Source of the DNA: a virus
DNA: 34,106 nucleotides
UHGV virus genome: UHGV-0112930
Reading direction: 5' to 3' (one strand)
Under the pieces are notes generated by a model. The model had not been told where the DNA came from. It did no database searches and saw only the letters and a program-made list of their open reading frames with translations. Below are positions 1-9,175 of the stretch, in pieces; position 1 is the first letter of the stretch; each line of letters starts with the position of its first letter. The position numbers and the translations under genes were made by a program.

Positions 1-49
1 TACCGTATTATTCCATTTTGCAAACTTAAAAGTTCTCCATTGCGAAGAA

Positions 50-1150
50 TCATTCCATTTCGAAATCATCAATCCTCACTTCAAGCTCCAGACTGGTCGT
101 AAAACCGTTATCCGGGCTGACGGTATGTGTCAGGGTGGTAATGGTCCATTCCGCATCATCTATCGGCTGTTTAAAGCCGCTGACCTTCACAGGCATTTCC
201 GTGTAGAGATCCGCCCGACCTTCCGCCAGTTGTAGCGAGAATGACGCAACACCGCGTTGCAGGCGTTCCCACTGCATTTTCGCTGCCCGTTCGGCGTTAC
301 TCCGATTAGCATAGGTGCGATTAAGTACCAGCACGTTTTCATCCGTCCCCACCAGGTAATCGCCCTGCTTCGCTTCCGGCTCTTTCTTCTGCTTCTTAGT
401 CCTGCGCTTACGCTTCACCGTGGTGCTTTCTTTCTTCGCGGGTTCGCGGGTATGCAACCAGCTGGCAATTACACCCGTGTAAGCTCCGCGATCCGCCAGG
501 GTAAAGCGGTGACTGTCGCCGTCCTTACGTGTGATAGTGATCACCGGTAGTGGTTTACCGCTGGCGCTTTTACCCTGTCCCTGCCGGATGAATAACAGAT
601 TGCCATTTTTCACCGACGCAATAGCACCGTACTGTCGCGCCAGCCGCATCAGAAAACTGCCGTCACTCTCATTAGTCTGGTCTATATGCTCCACGGGCTT
701 ATCCGACAGGTCTTTACCCAGTGCCATCTTCAGCTTGTGCCGCGCGGCTATTTCCTTCACCACCTCCCCGATGGTGGTGTTATGCCACGATTTTTCACGG
801 CGGGTATTCAGCGTTTCACGAAAATCAGCACTTCGCGCCCGGATAGTCAGGCGGTCCGGTGCGCCAGTGTGTTCAATCTCGTCCACCGTGAATGCCCCTT
901 TCGGGAAAAGCAGCTGCCCCTTCCAGCCCAGCGCCAGCGTAATGACCGCACCACGGCGCGGCAGCACGATTTTTCCGTCGGCGTCGTCCAGCTCCAGATC
1001 AAGCTGGTCCGCTTCAAAGCCCCGATTGTCCGTCAGCGTCAAACTCATCAGGCGGTTATCCAGCACAGTGGTGATATCCCTGCCCTCAATACTGATGCTG
1101 AATGCGGGAGTTTTGTTGCCTTTGTTAAGCAGTTCAGAGCTGAAATTCAC
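50..1150 (-). CDS. D: Tail protein D (P2 gpD-like)
   Basis: 366-aa ORF; translation recognised as P2 gpD-like; last gene of the FI-FII-E-T-U-D tail operon by position. Confidence 0.88.
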   Translation of the reverse strand: MNFSSELLNKGNKTPAFSISIEGRDITTVLDNRLMSLTLTDNRGFEADQLDLELDDADGKIVLPRRGAVITLALGWKGQLLFPKGAFTVDEIEHTGAPDRLTIRARSADFRETLNTRREKSWHNTTIGEVVKEIAARHKLKMALGKDLSDKPVEHIDQTNESDGSFLMRLARQYGAIASVKNGNLLFIRQGQGKSASGKPLPVITITRKDGDSHRFTLADRGAYTGVIASWLHTREPAKKESTTVKRKRRTKKQKKEPEAKQGDYLVGTDENVLVLNRTYANRSNAERAAKMQWERLQRGVASFSLQLAEGRADLYTEMPVKVSGFKQPIDDAEWTITTLTHTVSPDNGFTTSLELEVRIDDFEME

Positions 1151-1632
1151 GGCAGCAGCCCTCCCACCGTTTTACTGATATCGCTTAAGGCAGACGTTGC
1201 CGTGTCCTGCAGATTATTCAGTTGCGCACTGAGATCACCGAACATATCGGACAGGGATTCATCCACCCGTTTGAGCGACAGGGTGAACTCAATCCGGCGC
1301 GGCATACCGTCGCGGAAAAACTCCGTTTTAGTCTGATTCAGTCCCTCAATCACATACATGCCGTAAATCGTGCCGCTGCCTTCAATCAGGGGCCATGCTT
1401 TCCCCTGTTCTGCCATCTGCTCCAGTACCAGCAACGACAGCCTGCCGCCTGTTATCTCCGACATAAGAACGCCAGAAAGCGTCAGCATGTCGTTATCCGG
1501 TCCCAGAAACTGCGTTGACGGACGTCGGTTTACCCGGCTGTTTGCCGCATGTCGCCAGCTGCGCTGATACTGCAGCTCCTGATACGGCACGGTGCGCAGC
1601 ATAAACACGTACAATCCCAGCACCATCATCAT
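1147..1632 (-). CDS. U: Tail protein U (P2 gpU-like)
   Basis: 161-aa ORF overlapping D by 4 nt and abutting T; position and size fit P2 gpU. Confidence 0.85.
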   Translation of the reverse strand: MMMVLGLYVFMLRTVPYQELQYQRSWRHAANSRVNRRPSTQFLGPDNDMLTLSGVLMSEITGGRLSLLVLEQMAEQGKAWPLIEGSGTIYGMYVIEGLNQTKTEFFRDGMPRRIEFTLSLKRVDESLSDMFGDLSAQLNNLQDTATSALSDISKTVGGLLP

Positions 1633-4600
1633 GCGTCGTATCCCCCTTGATCGCTGTAGTTACTCCTGACTTTTGCCTTCAGCCTGCGTTCACGTTCATC
1701 AAGCTGGCGGGCCACCTCCCGCGCAATATCCTGCGCACTTTGTCCAGGCTGCGTCTGGATGATGATCTGCGTCGGTGCCTCAATCCTGTAAACGGGCGGC
1801 ACAGTGGCTGCGCGACTCACCATCGCTTCTCCACCTTTCGCGGGAAGTGCCAAAGGGTGCAACGGTGGAAGCTCTGCTGGCGCGGCAGCAACGCCCATCA
1901 TTCCGGCAACAACGGCAGCCAGTGCAGCTGTATTTCTCCGGCTGGTCACATTTGCCGGGCCGTTAACAATTTCCGGCCCGTTTTCACCGACGATGCCAAA
2001 CTGCCCGCGCGGGATATACCCGCCGCTGTCATACATCCCCGCAAAGCCATATCCCCATGATGGAAAACCACCCAATGGCATCATCACTTTACCGTCTGCA
2101 TTCACCGTCGCAGGTTGCTGACGCGTCACGCTTTCTGGCAGTTTTGCCTTTGCGGCCTCTTTACTGACAATGCCGAGCTTCTCCAGCAACCAGGAAACGC
2201 CGGATTTCAGGGAGTCCAGCGGATGCATGACCATATTCAGCCCTTCCGCCAGTGCCTCCCCGAATCGTCGCCCCATTGCCGCTGCACTCTGCAGTTCGGC
2301 AGAGGTCGACTTAACGGGCGTCAGCAGATCAGTAAACCAGCCCCACAGCGCCTGTACTTTGTCGCCAATCCACTGAAACACAGGCTTAAGTGGTTCGAAT
2401 GCAGCACTGATGGGACCTGCCGCCGCTTTGAATCCTTCCACCACGCCACCGAGAAATGCGGTGATGGGTTGCCAGTATTTCCAGACAACCAGCGCCACGC
2501 CCGCCAGTGCAGTAACCACAAGACCTATCGGACTGAGCAGAGCACCTAACAGACCAGATACGGCATACAGAGCAACGCGCAGCATCGCCAGCGGACCGGA
2601 TGCCAGCACTCGCAGCACCGCGCCTGCGGCGGTCAGTCCACCGCGCAGTACCGCCAGTGGATTCATAAACATCACAGCAACCGCACGTAAACCGGATAAT
2701 CCAGACCGCAACAGTGCAACTGGCGCACCTGCTACAGTTTTCAGGACATTTCCCGTCAGTGATGCCGTACGGCGCAAAGATGACAACGGCGCAGTAAGTA
2801 AACCCGCAGCATTGCCCGATGAAGCAAGCCCGCGTCGCAGCAGTGCCAGTGGAGCGCCAGCCAGCCAGGACAACGCGTTGCTGGTTCGTGTTACTGCTGC
2901 CGTAACGGAAGGTAACGTTTTGATGCCCAGCACAGAGAATCCCAGACGGATGACTGCCAGCGGCCCCAGCACTGCAGCCAGCGCCACAGCCAAGGTGCCG
3001 AGGCCTACGGTAACCGCAGCCACAATAGCGGCTACTTTCATCAGTGTGCCCGTCAGTTCCGGGTTAGCTTCCACCCAGCGACGCAACGCTCCCGTAACGC
3101 TTTTCACCGTGTACAGAATATCCATCAGCGGCTGGCGCAGCGTTTCGCCCAGGCTGCTGAAGGTATTCTGCGCTCCGGTTTTAACCAGCAACCACTGAGC
3201 AGAAAGTGAGTCTTTGTTGATGTCGGATTCTTTCTGCATGGAACCGAGCGCATCATTGCCCGCTGTCAGTTTTAGCTGGCGCTGCAGTTCCGGAAGGTTG
3301 TTTGCCAGTTTTGCCGCGTCATCACCAAACTCTTTACCAAACAACATGGTCATGGCAGACAGACGCTTGTCCTGCGGCAGTGCGTTCACCTTCTCCAGCA
3401 CACGCTGGATAGTTCCCATCGCATCCTTCGTCATCTGCTTTTCAATCACTTCAGGATTGAGTTTCAGCAGATTCATCCCTTCAAAGAAACTCTTGCTTTG
3501 CATGGTGGCAATGGATAATTCACGCACCATCGCGTTTGCTGCACTGGCTGCAACCTCCGGCGCAGCGCCCAGTGTCAGAAAGGTGGAACCCAGTGCCGCC
3601 GCTTTACGATAATCCAGACGGTCAGCCACACCGCCCAGACGTTGCATCACATCAATGATGTCCGCCCCTTTCGACATGGCGTTATCATCCAGATAGTTCA
3701 GCGCATCGCCGAGCTGTTCAATATTGCGGGTAGGTATTTTGTAGAGCTGGGCGATTTTCCCCAGACTTTCTGACAGTTCATCCGCTGGCAGCTCAAAGGC
3801 TGTTGCCGCCTTTGCTGCCGTACTGGCGAAGGCCAGCAGGTCACGTTTCTGGTCTTCCCAGCTGTCGTCAGGGTTTGCGACGTTCATGCGCGCACCACCT
3901 TCAACCAGTGCAGCGAAGTCCACCGCACCGTTTTCCATCGGCAACTGTTCGCTGGCAGCCTTGATGGCATCCTGCATTTCATAAAAACGTGCAGTGCGGT
4001 TGCCATTATCGTCACGCAGACCATTGACCTGCTTTGCCACACCTTTCATGGCATCTTCCATGCTGGTATAGCTTTTTACTGCCGCCATCACTGGTGTCCC
4101 CATTGCCAGCCCTGCAGCCGTGGTGGTGGCTCCGGCTCCTGCAATACGATCACGCACCTCCAGCGAACGGGCATAACTGGCACGCGCCGCATTCATCCTG
4201 CGCTGAGCTTCCCCCAGTCGCTTCAGCCGCGCCTCCTGTTTCGAAAGTTCCTGGTTATAACGTGATGTTTCACGGGCTAAACGGGCAGTTGCTCCCGCAT
4301 CATCTTTCGCAGAAATTCCCGCCCGGTACAGTTCTGCACGCACAAGCGCCGTTTGCTTCTGCAAATATTTTTGTTGTTCTTCCAGGCGTTGGACTGCCAG
4401 CGTTTGCCGACCTAAAGCCACAAGGTGCCGTTGTGATGGTTGTTCCATCGCTTCCAGCTCAGAACTAAGCAAATTTGCCTTCTGTCTGGCATAGTTCAGC
4501 CTGTCGCCTAACTTCTTGTTATCGGCCTGCAGCTTGCGAAATTTTTCCAGGCTGTTACCCGCCTGATTGAGTTGCTTTAATGCGTCACGGGAGTTTCTGA

Positions 4601-4706
4601 TTGCGCCAGCCAGCTCTTTCGAACTGGCCTGTGCAGCACGGAATGGGCGGGTGAGTTTGTCAACCGCATTAAGAATCACCTGCAGCCGCAGGTTATTGTC
4701 ACTCAT
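1629..4706 (-). CDS. T: Tail tape measure protein (P2 gpT-like)
   Basis: 1025-aa ORF, Ala/Leu-rich coiled-coil N-terminal half and hydrophobic Gly/Ala-rich repeats; sits immediately downstream of E/E'. Confidence 0.9.
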   Translation of the reverse strand: MSDNNLRLQVILNAVDKLTRPFRAAQASSKELAGAIRNSRDALKQLNQAGNSLEKFRKLQADNKKLGDRLNYARQKANLLSSELEAMEQPSQRHLVALGRQTLAVQRLEEQQKYLQKQTALVRAELYRAGISAKDDAGATARLARETSRYNQELSKQEARLKRLGEAQRRMNAARASYARSLEVRDRIAGAGATTTAAGLAMGTPVMAAVKSYTSMEDAMKGVAKQVNGLRDDNGNRTARFYEMQDAIKAASEQLPMENGAVDFAALVEGGARMNVANPDDSWEDQKRDLLAFASTAAKAATAFELPADELSESLGKIAQLYKIPTRNIEQLGDALNYLDDNAMSKGADIIDVMQRLGGVADRLDYRKAAALGSTFLTLGAAPEVAASAANAMVRELSIATMQSKSFFEGMNLLKLNPEVIEKQMTKDAMGTIQRVLEKVNALPQDKRLSAMTMLFGKEFGDDAAKLANNLPELQRQLKLTAGNDALGSMQKESDINKDSLSAQWLLVKTGAQNTFSSLGETLRQPLMDILYTVKSVTGALRRWVEANPELTGTLMKVAAIVAAVTVGLGTLAVALAAVLGPLAVIRLGFSVLGIKTLPSVTAAVTRTSNALSWLAGAPLALLRRGLASSGNAAGLLTAPLSSLRRTASLTGNVLKTVAGAPVALLRSGLSGLRAVAVMFMNPLAVLRGGLTAAGAVLRVLASGPLAMLRVALYAVSGLLGALLSPIGLVVTALAGVALVVWKYWQPITAFLGGVVEGFKAAAGPISAAFEPLKPVFQWIGDKVQALWGWFTDLLTPVKSTSAELQSAAAMGRRFGEALAEGLNMVMHPLDSLKSGVSWLLEKLGIVSKEAAKAKLPESVTRQQPATVNADGKVMMPLGGFPSWGYGFAGMYDSGGYIPRGQFGIVGENGPEIVNGPANVTSRRNTAALAAVVAGMMGVAAAPAELPPLHPLALPAKGGEAMVSRAATVPPVYRIEAPTQIIIQTQPGQSAQDIAREVARQLDERERRLKAKVRSNYSDQGGYDA

Positions 4707-5135
4707 GGCTGGCCCCGCTTCTCTGAATCGCTTTATACCGCCATTCCAGCACTTCGGTCAGCGGCATAACGTCAGTAACGGATGGCGGCCAGTGAAAGAT
4801 GGTGGCGATATCAGCCACCAGATCGTCAACCGTCAGGCTGTCGGTAAACCGGCAAGCACCGACTTCTTCAACAAAAAAGTGACAACCTCAACCGACATGG
4901 CAGTGAGATCTGCCGGGTCCATCTCTGCAATTTCCTGTGCAGTCAGTGCCGGACTGGAGATGCGGGGGATCACGGTCATCATCGCGTTCACATCCATATC
5001 CATAATGGCCTGCAGGCGTGTACCGCGCAGCGCACCGGACTGCGGTTTACGCAGCACAATTTCGGTAATTTCTGTTTTACCGCGCTTGATAGGGGTATCC
5101 AGTTGAATGGTCTTTTCAGTCTGCTTATCGCTCAT
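4699..5135 (-). CDS. Tail assembly chaperone E+E' made by programmed -1 frameshift
   Basis: Minus-strand heptamer T_TTT_TTG (plus coords 4872..4878) lies in the E zero frame. Hand translation of the -1 frame gives ...VEEVGACRFTDSLTVDDLVADIATIFHWPPSVTDVMPLTEVLEWRYKAIQRSGASHE and stops at 4699..4701, overlapping the T start at 4706. Confidence 0.75.
4833..5135 (-). CDS. E: Tail assembly chaperone E (P2 gpE-like)
   Basis: 100-aa ORF ending ...VTFLLKKSVLAGLPTA; contains the slippery heptamer near its 3' end. Confidence 0.88.
   Translation of the reverse strand: MSDKQTEKTIQLDTPIKRGKTEITEIVLRKPQSGALRGTRLQAIMDMDVNAMMTVIPRISSPALTAQEIAEMDPADLTAMSVEVVTFLLKKSVLAGLPTA
4872..4878 (-). other. -1 ribosomal frameshift slippery heptamer (T TTT TTG) for E/E'
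   Basis: Read directly: plus strand caaaaaa, i.e. TTTTTTG on the coding strand, with TTT and TTG as zero-frame codons. Confidence 0.75.
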
Positions 5136-5189
5136 TTTGTTGTCCTGTAAATTGGGTTCTGGCGCGGAATCCCGCGCCGTTCAGATACA

Positions 5190-5705
5190 TCAGAGGCCGA
5201 GGGCGTTGCGGTGCGCTTCCATCAGGTCCACACCGTCCACAATTTCCACCATGTTGATAAGGTCCACTTCATAGAGCACCTCACCATTGATGGTCAGCTT
5301 CGCGTAGCTGTTGGTACTGGTCACTTTGGTGGTGTTGCTTTCGCCCGTCTTCCACTCACCGGAATCCACTTCTTTATGACGTCCACGCACCACAAGCTCC
5401 ACGGCCTGCACTTCCGCGGTATCGTCACGCTGGATAGAGCCGGTAAAGCGCAACTGGATGCCATCCACCGTGGCTTTGCCCATCTGCTTAAACAGCAGCA
5501 GTTCAGTACCACCAATGGAAAATTCTGTGTCCAGCGCACTGTCATCAAGCCCCAGATCCACATCCACTGCCCCCGGCATTCCGCCGCCGCGATACTTCTC
5601 ATATTTGCGGGTGAATTTCGGCAGCGTCAGCGACTCAACGATCCCCTGCCAGTTGTTCCCGTCGTTAAACAGGTTCAGGTGTTTTAATTTGCGTGGTAAA
5701 GCCAT
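5190..5705 (-). CDS. FII: Tail tube protein (P2 gpFII-like)
   Basis: 171-aa ORF between sheath gene and E; translation recognised as P2 FII-like. Confidence 0.88.
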   Translation of the reverse strand: MALPRKLKHLNLFNDGNNWQGIVESLTLPKFTRKYEKYRGGGMPGAVDVDLGLDDSALDTEFSIGGTELLLFKQMGKATVDGIQLRFTGSIQRDDTAEVQAVELVVRGRHKEVDSGEWKTGESNTTKVTSTNSYAKLTINGEVLYEVDLINMVEIVDGVDLMEAHRNALGL

Positions 5706-5714
5706 GTTGTCCCC

Positions 5715-6887
5715 TTACGCGCTGACCTGGCTGGCGAAATTCACCAGGTACTGATCGGTGATGCGCTGACGCAACATCAGGTTTTCAAGTGGCGGCACTG
5801 GCGTGTAGTCGTAGTCGATGGTGAGTTTTCCGGCTTTCAGAGTGTCTTTGTCGTTCACCGACTCGTCCAGCCAGCAATCACCACCAATGAGATACCCCTG
5901 ACTGACCAGGCTGCGCATTTTGGCGCGGATGCCCTCGATAATGTCGCGCGCCAGCGACGGGTTCAGCGGTTTGTCCACTGCCCACATGTGCGCTTCTGCC
6001 ATCGTGTCCGTCAGCACCTGCGCCGTGCGGGTGTAGTTTTCGAAGGCAAAAAGCGGATCATCGCTCAGACAGCGGGAACCCCAGAAGCGGAAACCATCCT
6101 TGCGCACAAGCGTGGTGACGTCGTTCTGGTTAAGCAGTCCCGCATCGGTTGCCGGGTCCTGCAGATCCCAGAACACATCAGCAGAAATTCCGGTGACACC
6201 GTTCACGCCCACGTTGGACAGGCTTTTGTGCCATCCGGTCTGCTCATCAATTTTAGCGCGCAGACCGAGCGCACGAGCGGTGGCATATGCCGTTGCTTCG
6301 GCATTCAGCACCGTGTCCCAGCCAGTAAAGTCAGGCCAGATAAGCATCCCTTCGCGCTGGCTGAAGTTTTCACGGTAAGTGATCGCCTCCTGTACCGTCT
6401 TGCAGCCATACGCTGACAGGTAAGCAAACCCACGCAGGCTTTGCGCCACGCTCAGCAACTCAGTCGCAACGGCTTTGTTATCGTGACCAGGTACGCCGAG
6501 AATGCGCGGTTTAACGCCGAGCTGTGTCTGGGCAGATAACAGGGCTTTCATGCCTGTTTTTTTACCTTCAGCGGTCACTGCGCCGATGATATTGGTCGTG
6601 GTTTCTTCTTCCGTTTCCCCCTGCGGCACACGCACAACAACGGTCACGGGTTTTGCCTGGTCAGCGATGGCATCCAGCGAACGGGCCAGCGTGCCAGACT
6701 CACCCGCTTTACCGCTGGCGGTCAGCACATCAGTGATCAGCACGGGTTTATTAAGAGGAAACATTTTTGCATCGGCATCATCGCCCGTGCAGACCATACC
6801 CACGATGGCGGTGCTCACCGTGGTAATGGATCGGGTGCCTTCGTTGACTTCAACAACGCGCACCCCGTGGTGGTAATCCTGAGCCAT
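5715..6887 (-). CDS. FI: Contractile tail sheath protein (P2 gpFI-like)
   Basis: 390-aa ORF; translation recognised as myovirus sheath; first gene of the F operon. Confidence 0.9.
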   Translation of the reverse strand: MAQDYHHGVRVVEVNEGTRSITTVSTAIVGMVCTGDDADAKMFPLNKPVLITDVLTASGKAGESGTLARSLDAIADQAKPVTVVVRVPQGETEEETTTNIIGAVTAEGKKTGMKALLSAQTQLGVKPRILGVPGHDNKAVATELLSVAQSLRGFAYLSAYGCKTVQEAITYRENFSQREGMLIWPDFTGWDTVLNAEATAYATARALGLRAKIDEQTGWHKSLSNVGVNGVTGISADVFWDLQDPATDAGLLNQNDVTTLVRKDGFRFWGSRCLSDDPLFAFENYTRTAQVLTDTMAEAHMWAVDKPLNPSLARDIIEGIRAKMRSLVSQGYLIGGDCWLDESVNDKDTLKAGKLTIDYDYTPVPPLENLMLRQRITDQYLVNFASQVSA

Positions 6888-6963
6888 AGTGGCGAACCTC
6901 CTGATTGGATTAGGCTTCGCCCTATGTTGAAGTGATTGTGCCTGACAAACAGCTAAGCGCAGT

Positions 6964-6981
6964 TGTACCGTTATTCACACA
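6964..6981 (-). promoter_or_regulatory. Ogr-type late activator box (TGT-N12-ACA) upstream of FI
   Basis: Perfect TGTACCGTTATTCACACA read in sequence; centre about 85 bp upstream of the FI start codon. Confidence 0.6.
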
Positions 6982-7029
6982 AAATGACGGTATTTGTTTA
7001 CTTGCAGGGATAATCAAAATAAAGCTGAT

Positions 7030-7602
7030 TCAGGGAGATTCATTGCTCTTATTTGCCGGAAATTTTCTATAAATGGTAGAAACGCCTACATCAAAAATCA
7101 GTGCAATACGCTGTCTTGATTCTCCGGCCTCGAGTAAACGCCCAATCTGTGCCCACTGTTCGGTGGTCAACTTAGGACGGCGTCCACCTACTCTGCCTTT
7201 GGCACGAGCTGCAGCCAGCCCTGCCCTGGTACGTTCAACTATCAGTTCGCGTTCCATTTCAGCCAGGGCACCCATGACATGAAAAAAGAAACGGCCCATT
7301 GGGGTGCTGGTATCAATACTGTCAGTCAGGCTTCGGAAATTCACGCCTCGCTGACGCAACTCTTCTATCAGCGTAACAAGATGCCGCATACTGCGCCCCA
7401 ACCTGTCCAGCTTCCAGACAACCAGCGTGTCTCCTGCCGATAGTGTCCTGAGCAGTTTTTTCAACCCTGGTCTGTCGGACTTAGTGCCACTGATTTTATC
7501 CTCAAAAATCCGCTCACATCCCGCGCAGTTCAGTGCATTACGTTGCAAATCGGTGTTCTGGTCATTTGTTGACACGCGTACATAGCCAATAAGCATGATC
7601 AT
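7030..7602 (-). CDS. Site-specific DNA invertase, serine recombinase of the Hin/Gin/Pin/Cin family
   Basis: 190-aa ORF MIMLIGYVRVSTNDQNTDLQRNAL...; resolvase-type N-terminal catalytic domain with the serine in YVRVSTNDQ and a C-terminal HTH; very similar to e14 Pin as remembered; next to a segment flanked by inverted hix/gix-like sites. Confidence 0.9.
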   Translation of the reverse strand: MIMLIGYVRVSTNDQNTDLQRNALNCAGCERIFEDKISGTKSDRPGLKKLLRTLSAGDTLVVWKLDRLGRSMRHLVTLIEELRQRGVNFRSLTDSIDTSTPMGRFFFHVMGALAEMERELIVERTRAGLAAARAKGRVGGRRPKLTTEQWAQIGRLLEAGESRQRIALIFDVGVSTIYRKFPANKSNESP

Positions 7603-7651
7603 CCCCCTGAATAAAAACCGGGGATGATGCCAGTTAGCCGTAATCGCTGCA

Positions 7652-7677
7652 TTTTCTTAAACGTTGGTTTGGGAGAA
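7652..7677. repeat. Left inversion crossover site (hix/gix-like 26-bp site)
   Basis: tttcttaaacgttggtttgggagaa; its reverse complement shares the 15-nt core CTTCTCCCAAACCAA with the right site. Half sites fit the TTCTxxxAAACC / GGTxTxxGAxAA pattern of Hin/Gin sites. Confidence 0.6.
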
Positions 7678-8157
7678 GGTTCGGCATTACCTGTTGGTGT
7701 ACCTGTTCCATGGCCTTCAGCCACTCCGCCGACAGGCTGGCTGAAATGCAACGGTGCAGCTTTTTCTGCTGAAGAATACCCGGAACTGGCAAAGGCTTAT
7801 CCGACAAATAAATTGCCTGATTTACGTGGTGAGTTTATTCGTGGCTGGGATGACGGGCGTGGAGCTGACAGTGGTCGGGGATTATTAAGCTTTCAAAAAG
7901 CCACTCTGGTTGAAAGTTTTGGTCTGGTCAGGTCACCAACCACTGGCTCTTATCGTCTGGTTACCAGACCGACAGAAACTGTTTCTGATAATACGTCTAA
8001 CTATATGACGACTGATTATGATTCCCGTGAAGGTTTATATTCCCCTGCAACAGCATACCCCTCTATCGAATTGCCACCAACTGGAGCAGGCGCAGGGGCT
8101 GGTTTTAGGGTTCGACCAAGGAATATTGCATTTAACTATATTGTGAGGGCTGCATAA
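7663..8157 (+). CDS. Silent alternative tail-fibre C-terminal cassette (expressed only after inversion, fused to H constant region)
   Basis: Open frame ...NVGLGEGSALPVGVPVPWPSATPPTGWLKCNGAAFSAEEYPELAKAYPTNKLPDLRGEFIRGWDDGRG..., a tail-collar-type fibre tip. It has no start codon or promoter of its own after the crossover site; the upstream part of the 7624 ORF is an artefact. Confidence 0.7.
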   Translation, partial: VGLGEGSALPVGVPVPWPSATPPTGWLKCNGAAFSAEEYPELAKAYPTNKLPDLRGEFIRGWDDGRGADSGRGLLSFQKATLVESFGLVRSPTTGSYRLVTRPTETVSDNTSNYMTTDYDSREGLYSPATAYPSIELPPTGAGAGAGFRVRPRNIAFNYIVRAA

Positions 8158-8759
8158 TGGATAACGCCATATTAAATAGCGAGATTATCGCCACCAAAGC
8201 AGGGAATATTACCGTCTATAACTATGATGGTGAAACTCGAGAATATATTTCCACTTCAAATGAATATCTTGCTGTTGGCGTCGGTATCCCTGCATATTCC
8301 TGTTTAGATGCCCCTGGCACACATAAGGCGGGTTATGCTATCTGCCGTTCGATGGATTTAAACTCATGGGAATATGTGCCAGACCATCGCGGTGAAATCG
8401 TCTATAACACCGAAACGGGAGACGCCAAAGAAATCACAACTCCGGGTGATTACCCCGAAAAAACAACCACTATCGCCCCGTTAACGCCATACGATAAATG
8501 GGATGGTGAGAAATGGGTGACGGATACCGAGGCACAGCATAGCGCCGCAGTAGACGCGGCAGAAGCACAACGTCAGTCACTGATTGATACTGCAATGGCT
8601 TCCATTAGTCTGATTCAACTGAAATTGCAGGCCGGACGGAAGTTGACGCAGGCAGAAACAACCCGACTTAACGCCGTGCTGGATTACATTGACGCGGTGA
8701 CGGTAACAGATACCAGCACCGCGCCGGATGTCATCTGGCCTGAACTGCCGGAGGCGTAG
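8157..8759 (+). CDS. Tail fibre assembly chaperone, alternative copy (partner of the silent cassette)
   Basis: 200-aa ORF directly following the silent fibre cassette; C-terminal ...LDYIDAVTVTDTSTAPDVIWPELP mirrors the C-terminus of the minus-strand Tfa. Confidence 0.8.
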   Translation: MDNAILNSEIIATKAGNITVYNYDGETREYISTSNEYLAVGVGIPAYSCLDAPGTHKAGYAICRSMDLNSWEYVPDHRGEIVYNTETGDAKEITTPGDYPEKTTTIAPLTPYDKWDGEKWVTDTEAQHSAAVDAAEAQRQSLIDTAMASISLIQLKLQAGRKLTQAETTRLNAVLDYIDAVTVTDTSTAPDVIWPELPEA

Positions 8760-9174
8760 GCCATTCAATATCTGGAGCACTGGAAGTATCGACCAGTTCC
8801 AGTGCGTCCAGATAATCCAACCACAAATTATATTGCGCCAGTTCCTCACCTTTCAGACGACCAATAGCGGCTTTACCGGGCCATTGCTTACTGTTCATGT
8901 GTTCGTTGGCCTGATTAAGCAATAATTGTCTTTCTGATTCTGCCTGTTGAATAAGTTCTTCATGTGATGGTTGAGGTATTTCAGCCCATGTGGGAAAACC
9001 ATTTACCCCTGCAACTCGGATTTTCCCTTGTGGCGGTTTCGCCATATATTTTACAGAAATGTTATCAGGAATATCTAATGCATCAGCGGGCCATGTTCCA
9101 TTTACTTCATAAGTATTTTTTAAATTAACAGCATAAAATGCATTTTCCGAAGGGGAATAAATATATTGATTCAT
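8731..9174 (-). CDS. G: Tail fibre assembly chaperone (P2 gpG-like), active orientation
   Basis: 147-aa ORF immediately downstream of H; C-terminal ...LWLDYLDALELVDTSSAPDIEWPTPP; 3' end overlaps the convergent alternative copy by about 29 nt. Confidence 0.85.
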   Translation of the reverse strand: MNQYIYSPSENAFYAVNLKNTYEVNGTWPADALDIPDNISVKYMAKPPQGKIRVAGVNGFPTWAEIPQPSHEELIQQAESERQLLLNQANEHMNSKQWPGKAAIGRLKGEELAQYNLWLDYLDALELVDTSSAPDIEWPTPPAVQAR

Positions 9175-9175
9175 A

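Noticed and set aside
257-1336. Plus-strand ORFs (257..550, 531..1178, 686..1336) overlapping gene D
   Set aside because: They lie antisense to a well-supported, syntenic tail gene in GC-rich DNA; the translations are Arg/Ser/Pro-rich with no protein-like features, typical of spurious antisense frames.
1647-4468. Several ORFs on the plus strand and one short minus-strand ORF inside the tape measure gene (for example 2410..3198, 3214..3612, 4034..4468)
   Set aside because: They fall within or antisense to gpT; the low-complexity translations are artefacts of the GC-rich repetitive coding sequence.
7624-7662. N-terminal part of the 7624..8157 ORF (MMPVSRNRCIFLNV) as a real start for an independent gene
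   Set aside because: The frame upstream of the crossover site runs through the invertase promoter and inverted repeat; the cassette is better explained as a promoterless fibre C-terminus expressed only after inversion.
8577-8849. 90-aa minus-strand ORF spanning the junction of the two convergent tail-fibre assembly genes
   Set aside because: It overlaps both well-supported chaperone genes in another frame; the Trp/Ile-rich translation is not protein-like.
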